Positions 39,697 through 53,116 of a stretch of 64,000 bases of DNA are shown one piece after another. The DNA lies in the NCBI GenBank assembly GCA_951406725.2, contig OX597815.1:90396001-90460000 (forward strand). Reading direction: 5' to 3'. Source of the DNA: Octopus vulgaris (lineage: Eukaryota). Below the pieces are notes generated by a model. The model did no database searches, was not told where the DNA came from, and saw nothing but the letters and a program-made list of their open reading frames with translations. The position numbers and the translations under genes are program-made. The stretch's first letter is position 1; every line of letters starts with the position of its first letter.

Positions 39697-39779
39697 GTGT
39701 GTATGTTTGTGTGCGTCAATGTATTCATACACCTTGCATTCAACTTGTAATCGGAACACTTTCTTGGATGAGGTGTCCA

Positions 39780-41960
39780 CGAGGATCACACGATTTACAA
39801 ATGGAAAATAGCATAAATGCCATCAATGAATTTCCTATGATTTTGCCCCACACGGAAGCATGATAATTTTCTTTCCTTATGCTATCCATACATCAATTGC
39901 ACTAAACTAAATAAATCTGTAACCAATACAGTCATGTAACAAGTGATATGGTCTCTTAGTCGTTGACGCTTGCCTTTCAATCACAAGCCTCAGGTATAAT
40001 CATGTAGAAGATTCCCGAATAACTTGTCTGTTGTTCTTCCTAACTCCAATGTTCCAAATGCCTAAGACTTCGCGGAACACACTCAAGACATTTCACCTCC
40101 AGTGGAAGCAATACATCTTTTGTCGTCAATTCTCATTTAACAAGGCCTTCTAGAACCCTCCCTTCTTATCCTCAGACCACACTATAAGGTCAGTTTTTAT
40201 TTCGCTACTACAATGTGGTCTGGAAACACAAGTGCCTCTTTCAATCATTACCACCATACAGAAATATGCGTCTCTATATCTATTGCTGATGTTCTTACAT
40301 CGCAATTCGTCACCTTTTTGGAATCATACGACACAACTTAGAATTGACTTCCATTCCATTGATATTACCGGATTGTTATTTTAGATCAAGGATATTGAAG
40401 ACATGGTTATGCCTCTAGGCATACAGTGCCAGGGATGAATGTATACTTCATGAACATGTGAATGGAGATGAACAGATATTTTACTTTTGTACTTATGGCA
40501 ATCAGCAATGCTACCCTAATCATATTTTTTTATATTAGCCGGGAATGAAAGCTTTCTGTGCAAAACATTGAGGACAAATTATATCATCTTGTCTGGTTTC
40601 GTTATCCAAAACATACTCAACTACAGCTTCCTTTGCTCGGTTGTCTTCCTAACAACAGTGCTTTAGTCGGACGATTATCCTCTTGAATATGACGATATTC
40701 ATTCCAGATTCATCACTATCCAACTCTTATCCCCTGTAACTCATTTATCACAGTTTATAGTTTCATTAACGGGTTTTAACACACTATGTTTTCTTTCGGT
40801 CATCAATGTTAACTGTGGCCATATACACAGTGTGCTCCATGAATCCCATAGCTGCTTTCACTGCTTTAAACCCTACCCCCAATAATTAGAAAATCAAACC
40901 TTCAAATTCTGCAGCAAACAGTAGTTTTCAATGGTAGTTATACTCTGTGTGAATTTGCTATTAATTTAACGGTCCTACTTGGACAAAGTCGACGATTTTA
41001 GAGTTCTCCTCTCTATCTGTTGGATTCAATTTTCCTCCACTTATAAGGGAGATTTCCGAAATCTGACCATGCGCCTTTGATAGATTACCACTCTTTTTGT
41101 TGTTTTACAGTAAACATTACAATATCAATTGATCGAACAGAGCTGGGAGAATATTTGATTCTCTTCGTATTTCCACATAGGTAGTAATTCTAGGATAATG
41201 CAGCAATAATAGACCGCCAGCGAGTTGTGATATTCATTCTTTCCGAGCATCTTTCAATACCACATTTATATGTATAGAGATAAGTAACTCAAAGATGGTA
41301 CACCTAATCATAATAGGGTGGTAAATCGCATTAATAACGTTGCAAGCAATGTTAAGGGTGAGTATGTTCACCTCACACATCTTATAATACAGTGTGCATA
41401 ATTTCATTGGGAAGATGTGCATTTACCAGTTCATGCCAAACAACACTGAGACATTGTCTTTCCTTCAGAATAGGATTAATAAATCATTAAATCACAGATA
41501 TGCTCATGGTAGACTGAGAATTTTGAGATCCAATGGTCCTGAATTGGTGTGTCTTTAAATGCATCTGTAAGCACGTTCGCATTCTAGCTAGCACTCCATA
41601 ACGTAGTCTACAATTGGATGTCTCAGATGGAGTAGTCTTTAAACACCAGCAGACTCTATACTCAGCACCATTCCTGTTTTATGGTGCCTTATTTTCATAT
41701 TATTCCAAGTGATTCGAAAATACTTTGATTCGATTTTGTAAATTTAGTATGCAACTCAAATATTGCCAATGCCATATTTGAAGCTCCCCTTTTTCCACAA
41801 ATGTCTAGATCTTTTTGATTGTAACATCAGAAAAGCATAATGCATTTCTGGCCTAGAGGGAAACATTTCATCGGGAATTGAGAGTTGAAGGTATGTATTG
41901 AATAAGAGTCGCAGTAAACTGTGACTCAGAATTATTTCCTTAGTTATGGTTAAAGTGCTC
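39780..41960 (-). mobile_element. Highly degenerate Hero-like (RLE) non-LTR retrotransposon
   Basis: Remnants appear in the expected order: TQFRTI, CLSVVWHELVNAH (cf. VLWLDLANAYG), IMIRCTIFELLISIHINVVL (cf. GIxTGCTISVILFALAMN), *RHNHVFNIL (cf. WRHDQVL) and LVFPDHIV...DLIVWSE (cf. FPxHI...RPDIVLWS). Confidence 0.55.
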
Positions 41961-44900
41961 AATATGTGTTAGTAAAATATGCTTTAGGCGGAATTAAAAG
42001 TTTTCCGAGTAACCACTCCGTGATAGTTTCCTACGTCAGTGAGTGAGTGTTCGCATTTCGTTTTCAAGTGTATATTGTACATAATTATATGTAAAAACCG
42101 ACGCAAATGAAATATGAACCTACTTGTCTGTACTTTTGAATTACTGAAATATAGCACACATAATAGTACAAATCTGTAGTGGCTACACCATATTAATATA
42201 AAGGTGAAAAATATATATTAGAGTATTTGTATAAATGGTACCAAAAAACAAATGCAAATTAATATAGAATCTGACACACATAGAAATATTGCTTTCCTGT
42301 TCACAGAAATACATATGAAAGTGTCAAGAGAATAAACTATTAATGAGCTTACTCCATACACTCAGATATTCATACATACGCAGAAACACACACACACGTA
42401 TGCGTGTGTGTAAGAGTATATATATATATGTGTGTGTGTATATATATAAATATGTTGTTGCCTGCGTTTGGTTATTTCTGATCAGCTGACCTTTAACACA
42501 TATGTCGTCGATCAAATAAGAGGCAACTCTAATATATGCCAAACTTAGCCGAGCACATATACATGTTTTCCTTCACAGTAATGCCACTTATTATATCGAC
42601 CACTAAATTGCTGAAAGGCTGCCATAACCACCAGAATATTTGAACTTATGATACTGTAACAATATATCGAAGGTAGTAGGGACAATAAAACATCGGACAT
42701 AAATACATTAGTTCAATATCTTGCTTCATTGCTCTCGTTTCTTATTTCTAACATTCCATCGATGCATTTTGCCTCGACTTACTCGTAGTCCTTTACATTA
42801 AGCGTGAGTATGTTCTAAAAAATACTCAGATGACAATAGTTACACTCTACGAATATATATGTCACTGTTTCTTATCAAACATTATTGGGGAAAAAATGTT
42901 GTTGAGAATGATATAAACAGGAATGCATTATAATTCAGTATATCTGTATATGGTTTTACATTTTTGCATTGTACCTCTATGCAAAACGCTTGATTAGAAG
43001 CATACTTTAGACTGGGATAATGGATGAAGAAAGAATGTCGCACTGAGCTGATAAGCGTATAGCGAGCGTGCGTTACCAGTAAATGGCGTTGATGTTCGCA
43101 CCTCAGACCAACGCAAATTTTCTGATTTATGGCGTTGCAATTGAATACAGACATAGCTCAATGTGATTTCTCCTACGCATGAGAATGGAAGCCGCTACGC
43201 TGTTGCTGAAACAACTAGGAATATCAGCTGCAAATTTATCTTGTCAAATGGCAGTCTATCGTCCTTATACAGGAAGGAAACATTTGATAGTTTATTCATA
43301 TATATTTATGAACTACATGATTTCAAGGATGGAACATATTTTATCATAGATCCGTTCAATCATGCGCTTGTATAATTATGTATGACCTACGGATAAAGAT
43401 TAACAACAAATTAGAAACTCATAATGTGAATCTATATATTCTCTAAATGATATTTTCTCTATTTTACAAGTAATACGACGATGCCACGAAAGAATTTTCA
43501 TTCGCAATTCTATGTAGTTTCTTTTGTTTGGAGGTCAAACATTGACCGTACAAATACAGACACTGACTATACCTATCTTTTAAAGTTTTTCTTTTATCTT
43601 TGGTTAAATTTCTGCAACAACCAACACATTACAGCCATGTTTCCTTAGTGGTTAAGATTAATATTTATAAGCGTATGGGCATTTGTTTCAAATGAGCTGC
43701 GATATATCGAGGAAATACATTTACTAACGTTAAATTCTACACTTCCTAACTCAACGTAAATAATAGGAATGGGTTCAACACGTTTCTATAAAACTTTACG
43801 TGTAGTACACTTTTTATGCTATCCACAGATACATGAACCACATTATGTGCAACTGTGAATCAGGAAAAGATGAACATGCACACCTTTAACAGGTAATTTT
43901 AATATGAATTTATACTGGTAATAAGCTCAAACGAAACCCCATGTTCTTTTACATCATACTCTCTGAATGTCCTTAATATCAGAGTTAGTACAGATATTAG
44001 AATATCTAAGACTCTCATGCAACATATATTCAGAATTATACATGTAAATACATTTGTGTTGAAGACAAATACAACTGCATAAATAGTCTCTTTCTCTCTC
44101 CCTTCTTCCTCTCTGTTTGTTACAGTTAATGTATTCTAATCTAATTACGTTTGAATAGACAGTAGGTGATTGATGATATGTATAGTTTATTAATTTGGTT
44201 GAAATATTTCTCATTAAATCAATAAAAGGTAATAATTTTAACACTAATTGAAAAATCAGGAGGAGACGCATAACTTTTGTACATCACAAAAGATAGCTAC
44301 ACTCGTATTATGATTATATTAAAGTGAAATCTAAAAAGTGTATATGAACTCATTTCAGATGACTCAACTTCATCACTATTAGATAACTTCGTGGAGAGAA
44401 AATACACCACATCCTATGAGACACTTCTCCAGTCAAGACCTGAAAGTAATTCACTACTCTCGTGCTTAGATTTAGAGACAATATACACACCTACAATGTA
44501 TATATATATATATATATAATCAAAATAAGCAACATGGATATCCAACGTAGAGTAGTACAATTGTTTCATGCTACTTCATTTTATTAAACACTGTAAGTAT
44601 TACATCAGTTTTAAAATGTCGAGCAATCTTCAGCCACATATAGGATTTTTCAATTAAACGGACAATGCACGTTCTTATTTCATTTGCCAACATTACAAAG
44701 GGGGTAGATATATAGACAGAGAGGTTAATTTCATCATTAAGATTCCTCCTGTACAATACATCAATTTTACAACATACAACATTTCACTCAATCATTTCAG
44801 TCTTTATTTCCACTTTTCTTAACGATTGTCAGGACGACACAGATATACGAGTTAGCAAGAAGTTGCCATCTTTATCTATATATGTGTGTGTGTGTGTGTA

Positions 44901-45024
44901 TCACGTGACCACGTGACCAACCAGTCCATCAGATGTTGCTACACATCGCTGGCCAAAATGCGCTTCGCATTGTTTTAGCCTTAAAGTGACGCCACCCCGC
45001 TGGCTAAGCGAGCAGGCCTGTCCA

Positions 45025-45055
<31 letters not shown>

Positions 45056-45282
45056 GAGGCGCAATGGCCTAGTGGTTAGGGCAGCGGACTCGCGGTCGCA
45101 GGATCGCGGTTTCGATTCTCAGACCGGGCGTTGTGTGTGTTTATTGAGCGAAAACACCTAAAAGCTCTACGAGGCTCCGGCAGGGGGTGGTGATCCCTGC
45201 TGTACTCTTTCACCACAATGGCGGTGCCCCAGCATGGCCACAGCTCAAGAGCTGAAACTGGAAAAACAAAAACAAAACAAAA
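45056..45282 (+). mobile_element. tRNA(Arg)-like SINE (octopus OR-like) with CR1-like 3' tail
   Basis: Head ggcgcaatggcctagtggttagggcagcggactcgcggtcgcaggatcgcggtttcgattc contains A and B boxes. Tail is ggcggtgccccagcatggccacagctcaagagctgaaac plus an A-rich end. Inserted in (TA)n. Confidence 0.85.
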
Positions 45283-45302
45283 TATATATATATATATATA
45301 TA

Positions 45303-45346
<44 letters not shown>

Positions 45347-48300
45347 GGGAGACTGACTACTTAGCAGCGTTTCCTGTTATTATGAAACTTATATTAACAC
45401 GTTTGAATATTTTGCATTTCGAGTAGCGAATGACTCAATAGAAAATACATTTCAAATATATTGTCAGTTATTATATTTTGTATATGATTTCAAATGAGAA
45501 TCCAGTGCATCGATCACTTTGTGATAATTATCTTTCCATCAAAGACTGATTAATGTTATTGCATCTACAAAAACATTTTCAAGCTATAGTTTGATCACAG
45601 TTTTAACTGAAAGATAATCTTTCATTGGTTTAATTGTATCAGACAAATGAGGCCAATATGAAACTTTTTCTTGACTCAGAGGAATTGAGATAATCGCGAA
45701 GAAGCAACTAATATTTTCAAAACTTTAAACATCATTTTTAGCGTCATGAATTTTAGTTAAAACATAAGTACATTCGTTTACTTTTTAACTTAGAAACAAC
45801 TGATATTTTATTCCTTATCCAACACAAATATTCTGTATAATCTAAAAATTAGAATCGTCTTTCATGTGAAGGGGGAAACCCAATTTTATTTCTTTTTCAT
45901 GCTATTTTTCTTCTTTCTTTCAAATCTATCTTATGTTGTATTGTGCATATGTTTAATATCTAATATTTCTTATAGTTTCCATATGTATGTACAATCTCTT
46001 CCCTGTATACTTTATGTTTTCAACGAGTAGTAATGGAAAAATAGATCACCAATTACTTTTACTGACAAGGCAATAGTTTTATTTTAAATTAGCAGGATTG
46101 TGTGATGCATAGGAGAGAAGAAAGGTTTGCCTGCATGTCCAAAATATGTCTAGATAAATATTCCAAATTTCAAAAAAGAACTACATATAGTTTCCTTCCA
46201 TGTAATACAATTGAATGCAAACATCCAATACGTGTGGTAAAAATCTAAAGGTTTGTGCGTTAAGATATCTTGATTAAACCAGTTTTACTATATCATTGAC
46301 TACTTACTTGACTTCTTTAAGTTTACATTTCACTGCTTGTACTTGACTACTGAAAACAAGAGAGCATACTGAAACTAATCTGATTTATTTTTCTTCTTCT
46401 AACAGATATATAAATTTTGTCTACCTTCAGCTGCAGTTCTCTCAGTATTATTACGTAGTACGGAGTCCCATATCACTTATATAGATTTTACTTTTGCATC
46501 ACCATGTAAACAATAGATTAATTAATTCTTATTCAGATTTTATACAATACGTTTTATATTTATACATATATTTATATGAATCCTATTTATGAATGGGCAT
46601 TTCCATATCTCTAATGTATTATGGTATTGTTTAGATTTAATATATTAGCATATTTTTGCATTTAATATCTATTTTTATTTTTTGTAGCATAAAAAAATTC
46701 AAATTGAATATCTGGTACCGCAACTAAATAAAAATGTAAATATTTTAACAGTTTCTAAGTATATGTACCTGTTAATTGCAAAACAACAGGAGATATTTGC
46801 AAGCGCGTATGAATACACGTAAAAAACATTTGAAATATGAGCCACACTTACTAACGAATATTAATATACAGAAGTATTTAATTATTGAACTATATGTATC
46901 ATATGCTATTTAATAAGATCTAAATGAAAAAAAGAATCATACTTATATATATAATATATAATTACATATCTATTTAAATCTTAGTGGGTGATTTTTTTTA
47001 AAAAAAACACACTTTGTTATATAATGCATATTTTTCTTTTCTACGTAGGAGTTTTCTTCTCAGATAATATGCGTAAATAGCTGTGAAATGTTTGACGACA
47101 CTAGCTTACGTAAGAATGTATGTAATTTTTACCACACAATCATTTGTCCAGTTCAAACTGTTGTAGGTTATAACCATCATTGATTACAAAATTTTAAATT
47201 TTAGTTTCTCGTTATAATTTATAAATACTTCGATATGTGTCTGCTTATGTATTTTCATGTGATTGTTTCACATTTACATGAAATGAATATTTACATAAAT
47301 GTGTATGTGTGTGCGCACCTGCATGTGTGTGCGTATGTCTGTGTGTGTGGATCTGTAAGAATTTATGCAGATTGATATATTGAAATTTATTCTGTTGATT
47401 TATTCTGGCTTTATCTGTAATCATATATGCTGAGAAACCGAAATCGGTTATTTTTGTCTTCAAGCATTACTTTTTTATTTAGTCTGTCCTATTTTGTTTA
47501 GTTTGTATTTGTTTTCATATATTTAGTAAGACGAATTGCAAGCGATGCCAATTTTTGCTACCGGTATAGTCTGAGAATTATAGAGAAACTTTTCCAATCA
47601 AATATACAAACATTTAAGCAGTAATTAGCAAACACAAACAGATACGGCACATACAAATATCTACCATCTTTTCACACTACGTTCAATGTAGCTATTCATT
47701 CCTTCTGTACAACTTTCATTGATATTTACAGTTAAATATTAAATTAAATTTTAGTTTACAAATAGGAATATTATATCTTTATTGAAGCCTATATAAAATA
47801 CTAATTCAGTCATTATTTAAGAAACTATATTCGTTATGTACATTATATAAGATATTGTTTAACGTTCAAAATTTTCTTTAAAGTCATTTGCATGCTTTTC
47901 CATTAATACGTAATTTTGTCCAATTTTCAACTACAAGCCATATCTACTTAATGCCTCTCATAGAAATGCGTCTCTTCTCACACTCACAAAAATACTAATT
48001 AGTCATCAAGCATTTCTTTCAGTTTGATTGCAAAGTGTATCTTGAATCCATAGTCCTCACGGACTTGCAAAAGCAATAGTTTTATTTCTAGTAGAGAATC
48101 ATCTCAAAAGTAAAAGTTTATTCTTATTTCTCTTTTTACAACCATAACATGATTTCATATGTGTATTAGGATACGCGCGCGTGTGTTTTTACGACAGCGT
48201 ATTCCTTATCTATTATTCACATTGATGTGTTTTGCGGGTTCGTCCCAACTTTGGGTTGACCACATTACTGAATGAAAGGTGGTAGATACAAACTTTTCAG

Positions 48301-49044
48301 AACATATTATCGTGTGTATATACACGGATCACTGTCAGTTGCAACAATGAGTATTCATATCTTCAGTCACTTGATTTACCTGAACCCTGAATTAAAGGAT
48401 AAGCAGCTGAGCATTCCAAAGATGCGGCTGCAATTACATAATTCTAAAAGAGAATGCCGCTAAGCATTTTGCTCAGCATGCTAACGATTCTGCCAGGTAA
48501 CAACTTTCCTCAATTCATAAATAGTAGCATACCACAGAGACAATGACTAGTAGACTCCTTGCATTCTACCTATGTTTCCTGTTCCATATATATATATATA
48601 TACATGCGTACATGTGTGTGTGTGTGTGTGTGCGTGGGTGTTTGCGTGTGTGTGTTTGTAAAATGTTAAAGCACCATACTCTCACCAATTAGAAATCCTT
48701 TCAACCCAATGCCAATTATGAACGGACAGAAGCTTCGTATTCATATTTACCTTAGTAACAGCAGCTATCTTGATAAAGTGAACCCTTTTGTTTTAATTAT
48801 TTTATTACCCTGAAGCACTAACCTCGGCAACTGTTAACAAAAATATATATCACATATGTAAACAGAGATGTTTATTAATGGTTTGATCGTTCTTTTTATA
48901 TTTATCGATTATGTATTATCACTTTGTTCACTAAATGTCTCAAAAGATTACATAGATGTATTGTGCTTTCTGCCGAGTATGAGTTAACTTCTTCAATCAC
49001 TTGACATAGATATTAGCAATTTTAAAAGCACACCACTAAGGAAT

Positions 49045-49620
49045 TCATAAATTGAACGATGACGCCATCCAGTGTAGCATAATATTGTAAGGCCTACTGT
49101 ACAGTCTTGACCAGCACTGTCTGTAATGCTTCCATCTGATAATCTCTGCTTTACAGTTGTGATTGGCTCGATGAATCGCCATCTCTTTTGACTGGCCCTC
49201 AGTTGAAGGGCGACAGCATGACAAATTTTGTATTCCGAAGCGGTAGATCCTCATCTGCGATGTTACATGCTGCGACATCTCCAGTGGCAATCTAATGAGT
49301 TGAGCTGACAGCTTAAGCTTCGCTGTTCGTCAAGCCAAAGAGTGGCAAACTGTCAAAACAGCGGCCGCTTTTTTGACAGATATGATGTCGAGCCTGTGGT
49401 ACTGAAGAATACCAGCGTTCTTAGCTCCTCGGACTACATCTCTCCTCACTTCTATCGAGGCAGAGATGGCTATCCACAGGTGCGAGCCCCATGAGACGTA
49501 AAGGCTGTTCCAGCGGATCTTTCTCGGCATCTTCCCGGGCAAGGCCTCTGTCTTCTATGCTTGAATTCCCTGCATTATAATTTGAAAGGTTACATGCCAA
49601 TCTCTGCGACTTGGAGCAAG
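49045..49620 (-). mobile_element. Very degenerate LINE 3' fragment (RTE-like)
   Basis: GC-richer island with weak similarity to the RTE LRWxGHVxR region. The assignment is tentative. Confidence 0.35.
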
Positions 49621-50419
49621 GGCCGGATTTACGGTATATTTGTATACATCCACTATTGGTCGCATATCATTGAGGTTTTTTATGCTCCACCTCCTAACGT
49701 TACAACTATTACGTAACCTCAAACGCCAAGAGACAGCTGTCGGACCTGACCTAGCATGCCCTCACCCCTTATTTTTCTGCATCTTTGTACCCCGTGTAAG
49801 TCTGTTCTGTAAATATATACCTATCTATATGCTTATATATAAATGATCATCAGAATGCTTTCAGTTTCGAGAGAGAGAGAGAGAGAGAAAACATGTATAA
49901 CAACAAATAATATTACCTAACTTATATTTTTATTTTTTTTCACTTGCTTCAATGACTTGGCTGCGGCCATGCTGGGGCGCCACCTTGAGAATTATATTTA
50001 ATTTTGCTTTTCACAATACCCTTTTCCATTTATCACTACTGAATTCCTGATTGCTAAAACAGGTTGAGTTTCTAAATGTGGAAGGAAAAATATTAGTTAT
50101 TAAATAGTCTGACTGAAAGACTTTAATAAATACGTTTGTTTAATAGATTTACTACGGCAGTGATTCTGATAGCATTCAAAGAATTTGTTTGTTATGATTA
50201 TCTATAATTAGCTTTTGATTTAACTTTTTTTCAAATTCCTCCTATCCATCATTCTTCAAAGAAATAAGATTGCTAGTAACGTTTATGCTCATAAAGCCAC
50301 TGCATTTGGTACTTCTCTAATTTAAACCACATATGAAGCAACTCGATTCACCAATATGTGTATGGCCATTGGAAAATAATAACCATTTGAAAAGGCGTAT
50401 CCATTCATTCCAGCCAAGA

Positions 50420-50750
50420 GCTAACGAATCAACCCAAGTATTCATCCGCTTCTATGAACGTACCGCTAAGTTACGGGTACTAACACACACGAATAACAGT
50501 TGTCAAAAAGTAACGGAAACCAAAAATAGGTACAAAGATACACACACGTACAAAAAAACACTTATACACACACACACATATATATATGCATACATACAAC
50601 GAGCTTCTTTCAATTTCCGTCTGTCAAATTCACTCTCACGGTTTTGGTCAAGCTGAGGCTACAGTAGGAAACTCTAACCTATGTTACCACCCAGTGTGAC
50701 TGAATCCGGAACAATATGGTTTAGAAGCAACTTCTTACCACACAAACACG
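50420..50750 (-). mobile_element. Degenerate tRNA-derived SINE
   Basis: Head gtgtggtaagaagttgcttctaaaccat...ggattcagtcacactg; body similar to 27360-27680. Confidence 0.65.
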
Positions 50751-52662
50751 TGTGTACCTGATGTAATTTATTTCATTAAATCCATTTTACTGCCATAAAT
50801 CTTAGGTTTGGCGTCTCTGTAAAATCTTGAATAGCATAGAATTAATTACTTGCGTTTGGATGTACTTCATTACCATTTAAGGGACAATATATTTCAGAAT
50901 GTAATTTAGTTCTTTGACATATTTCAAGTATTTTCGCTTTTGTTTTTTATAACATTTTTATAACATATTCGAGTTACTGGTGGGAAATTTTAAGTTTTAG
51001 AATTCTCTTCTGCCCGTCAATTGCCGGTCTCAATTTGAATTGTTTTATTTCGAACTCTAAATAGACACGAACTTGTATAATCTAGTGACTTCTGCGAAAC
51101 ACATTTAACTTGCAAAATGTGCACATAAATGCATATATTAGCGATTCATTGGGATCATTGATATCATCGTAAAAAAAATTGTTTAAAATCAGGTGTAGAT
51201 TATTAATGAGTGTGCTGTTTCTGTGATTTGATTTTCATTTGTTTGACACAATCATAGCCCATACACTAGAAGAAAACCAATTTAGCGATGAATTTTTTTA
51301 TGCATCAAGTATTACAAAAAATAAAGAAGGGATGATCACGAATAGAATGCTGTGTTCATAGATCTCTTCGTTCAAGGAAGCTAAATAACATCGACAATGA
51401 CATCAACACCTTCAATTGATATATAAGGAAGAGATCCTTAATTGGGCCGGCTTCTAATATATGGAAATTGCAACCATTGCTTCTTGCAAAGTATCATTCT
51501 GTCTCTAGTTAATGTATTGCATCCTTTATTACTATATATATTGGAAAATACGTAGAAAATAACTATGAACAAAATTCAGCGGTAAAAATGAATAACAGTG
51601 ATTATTTACTTATTGGTCAATGATATAACCTCCATTTTACTGTCAAAAAAGGGTTTTACACAATGTGTATGAGGAAATTTGTATTACAAAATATGGTTAC
51701 AATCGCGACCAGAAAATATTAGGGAAAGGGTATAAGAGCAACAACTATCAGACATACTGCGTAAAGTGTCAGACTACAGTTTTTCAAGTTGTAAAATTCA
51801 TAACACATTTGTTGCCATACTTATATAAATTAATATGATCACCTCTAGATCTTATGAGTTTATATTTTTAAAGATAGTAGAATATATAATATGATTATCT
51901 ATAAAATCTTTTACACAAATATGGAATTAGAAATTAGTAGTAGGAAACAGAAACTAGCACAAGAGAATTATTAATGATTAACAGAAATAGAAAGGAGGGT
52001 GTCAGTCATAAAGAATTAACTGAAATATCTGAAGCTCTTAGTAATCACATGGTATTGTGATTGGATATGTATTGACAATTTAACGGACATATTCTTTGAT
52101 TTTCTCAGTTAGAAATTACATCGGAATATAGCACTGACCACTGCATATAAATTGAATAATTATTAATAATATCTGAACGCTTCAAGAAACTGAAATTTCC
52201 ATGCGCTCTTTTGTTGTCGAGGCTGAAATTTGTGTCGTGCTGGGGAAAATATGCTACTGTAATCAATAATACACGATATATTTGAAAACTTTGACAGTAA
52301 ATAGATTGTAGGTTTCATGTTTTATAATAGATGTAGCGTTGAAAGCTACCAACAACACCAACCTGTATTGTTGTTTCTTCTGGACTGTCTTCATCATGTT
52401 AGATTATGACCAAGAGAACTTCATTCAAGCCAGTGAGAGAGCATATACTCTCTGTTTATCCTACTAGAATAGCAGGATCGCATCTAGTGTGCTAAAAATG
52501 AAGAACCTAGTTTATTATAAAGACCTAGGCTCTAAAGTAGAGGTGAATGACCAAGGCTGAATCACTTAGACTACTAAGTTTTTTCGTGTACGCTTAAAAG
52601 AGGAGCTAAAATCAACACGGATGTCTACAATACGTTGATTAATTTTTCAGGTTACAAGTGAT

Positions 52663-52812
52663 GTAGGTGCAGGGGTGGATGTGTGGTAAGAAGTTTGCTT
52701 ACCAACCACATGACACCGGTTTCAGTCCCACTGCATGTCAAACTTAGGCCTCACCGACCAAAACTTTGTGAGTGGATTTGCAAGACAGAAGCCGAAGGAG
52801 GACAGTCATGTG
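52663..52812 (+). mobile_element. tRNA-derived SINE 5' part
   Basis: gtgtggtaagaagtttgcttaccaaccacatgacaccggtttcagtcccactg. Confidence 0.7.
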
Positions 52813-52816
52813 TGTG

Positions 52817-52888
<72 letters not shown>

Positions 52889-52955
52889 TACATATATAGG
52901 TATATACATGCATATATATACATACATATATATACACATATATATATCATATATC

Positions 52956-52987
<32 letters not shown>

Positions 52988-53051
52988 ATATATATATACA
53001 TATATATGTACATACATGCATATATATACATACATATATATACACATATAT

Positions 53052-53089
<38 letters not shown>

Positions 53090-53116
53090 GATATGATATA
53101 TATGCACACACAAACA

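Noticed and set aside
45058-45130. tRNA-Arg gene
   Set aside because: The acceptor stem does not pair and the sequence continues into a SINE body and tail.
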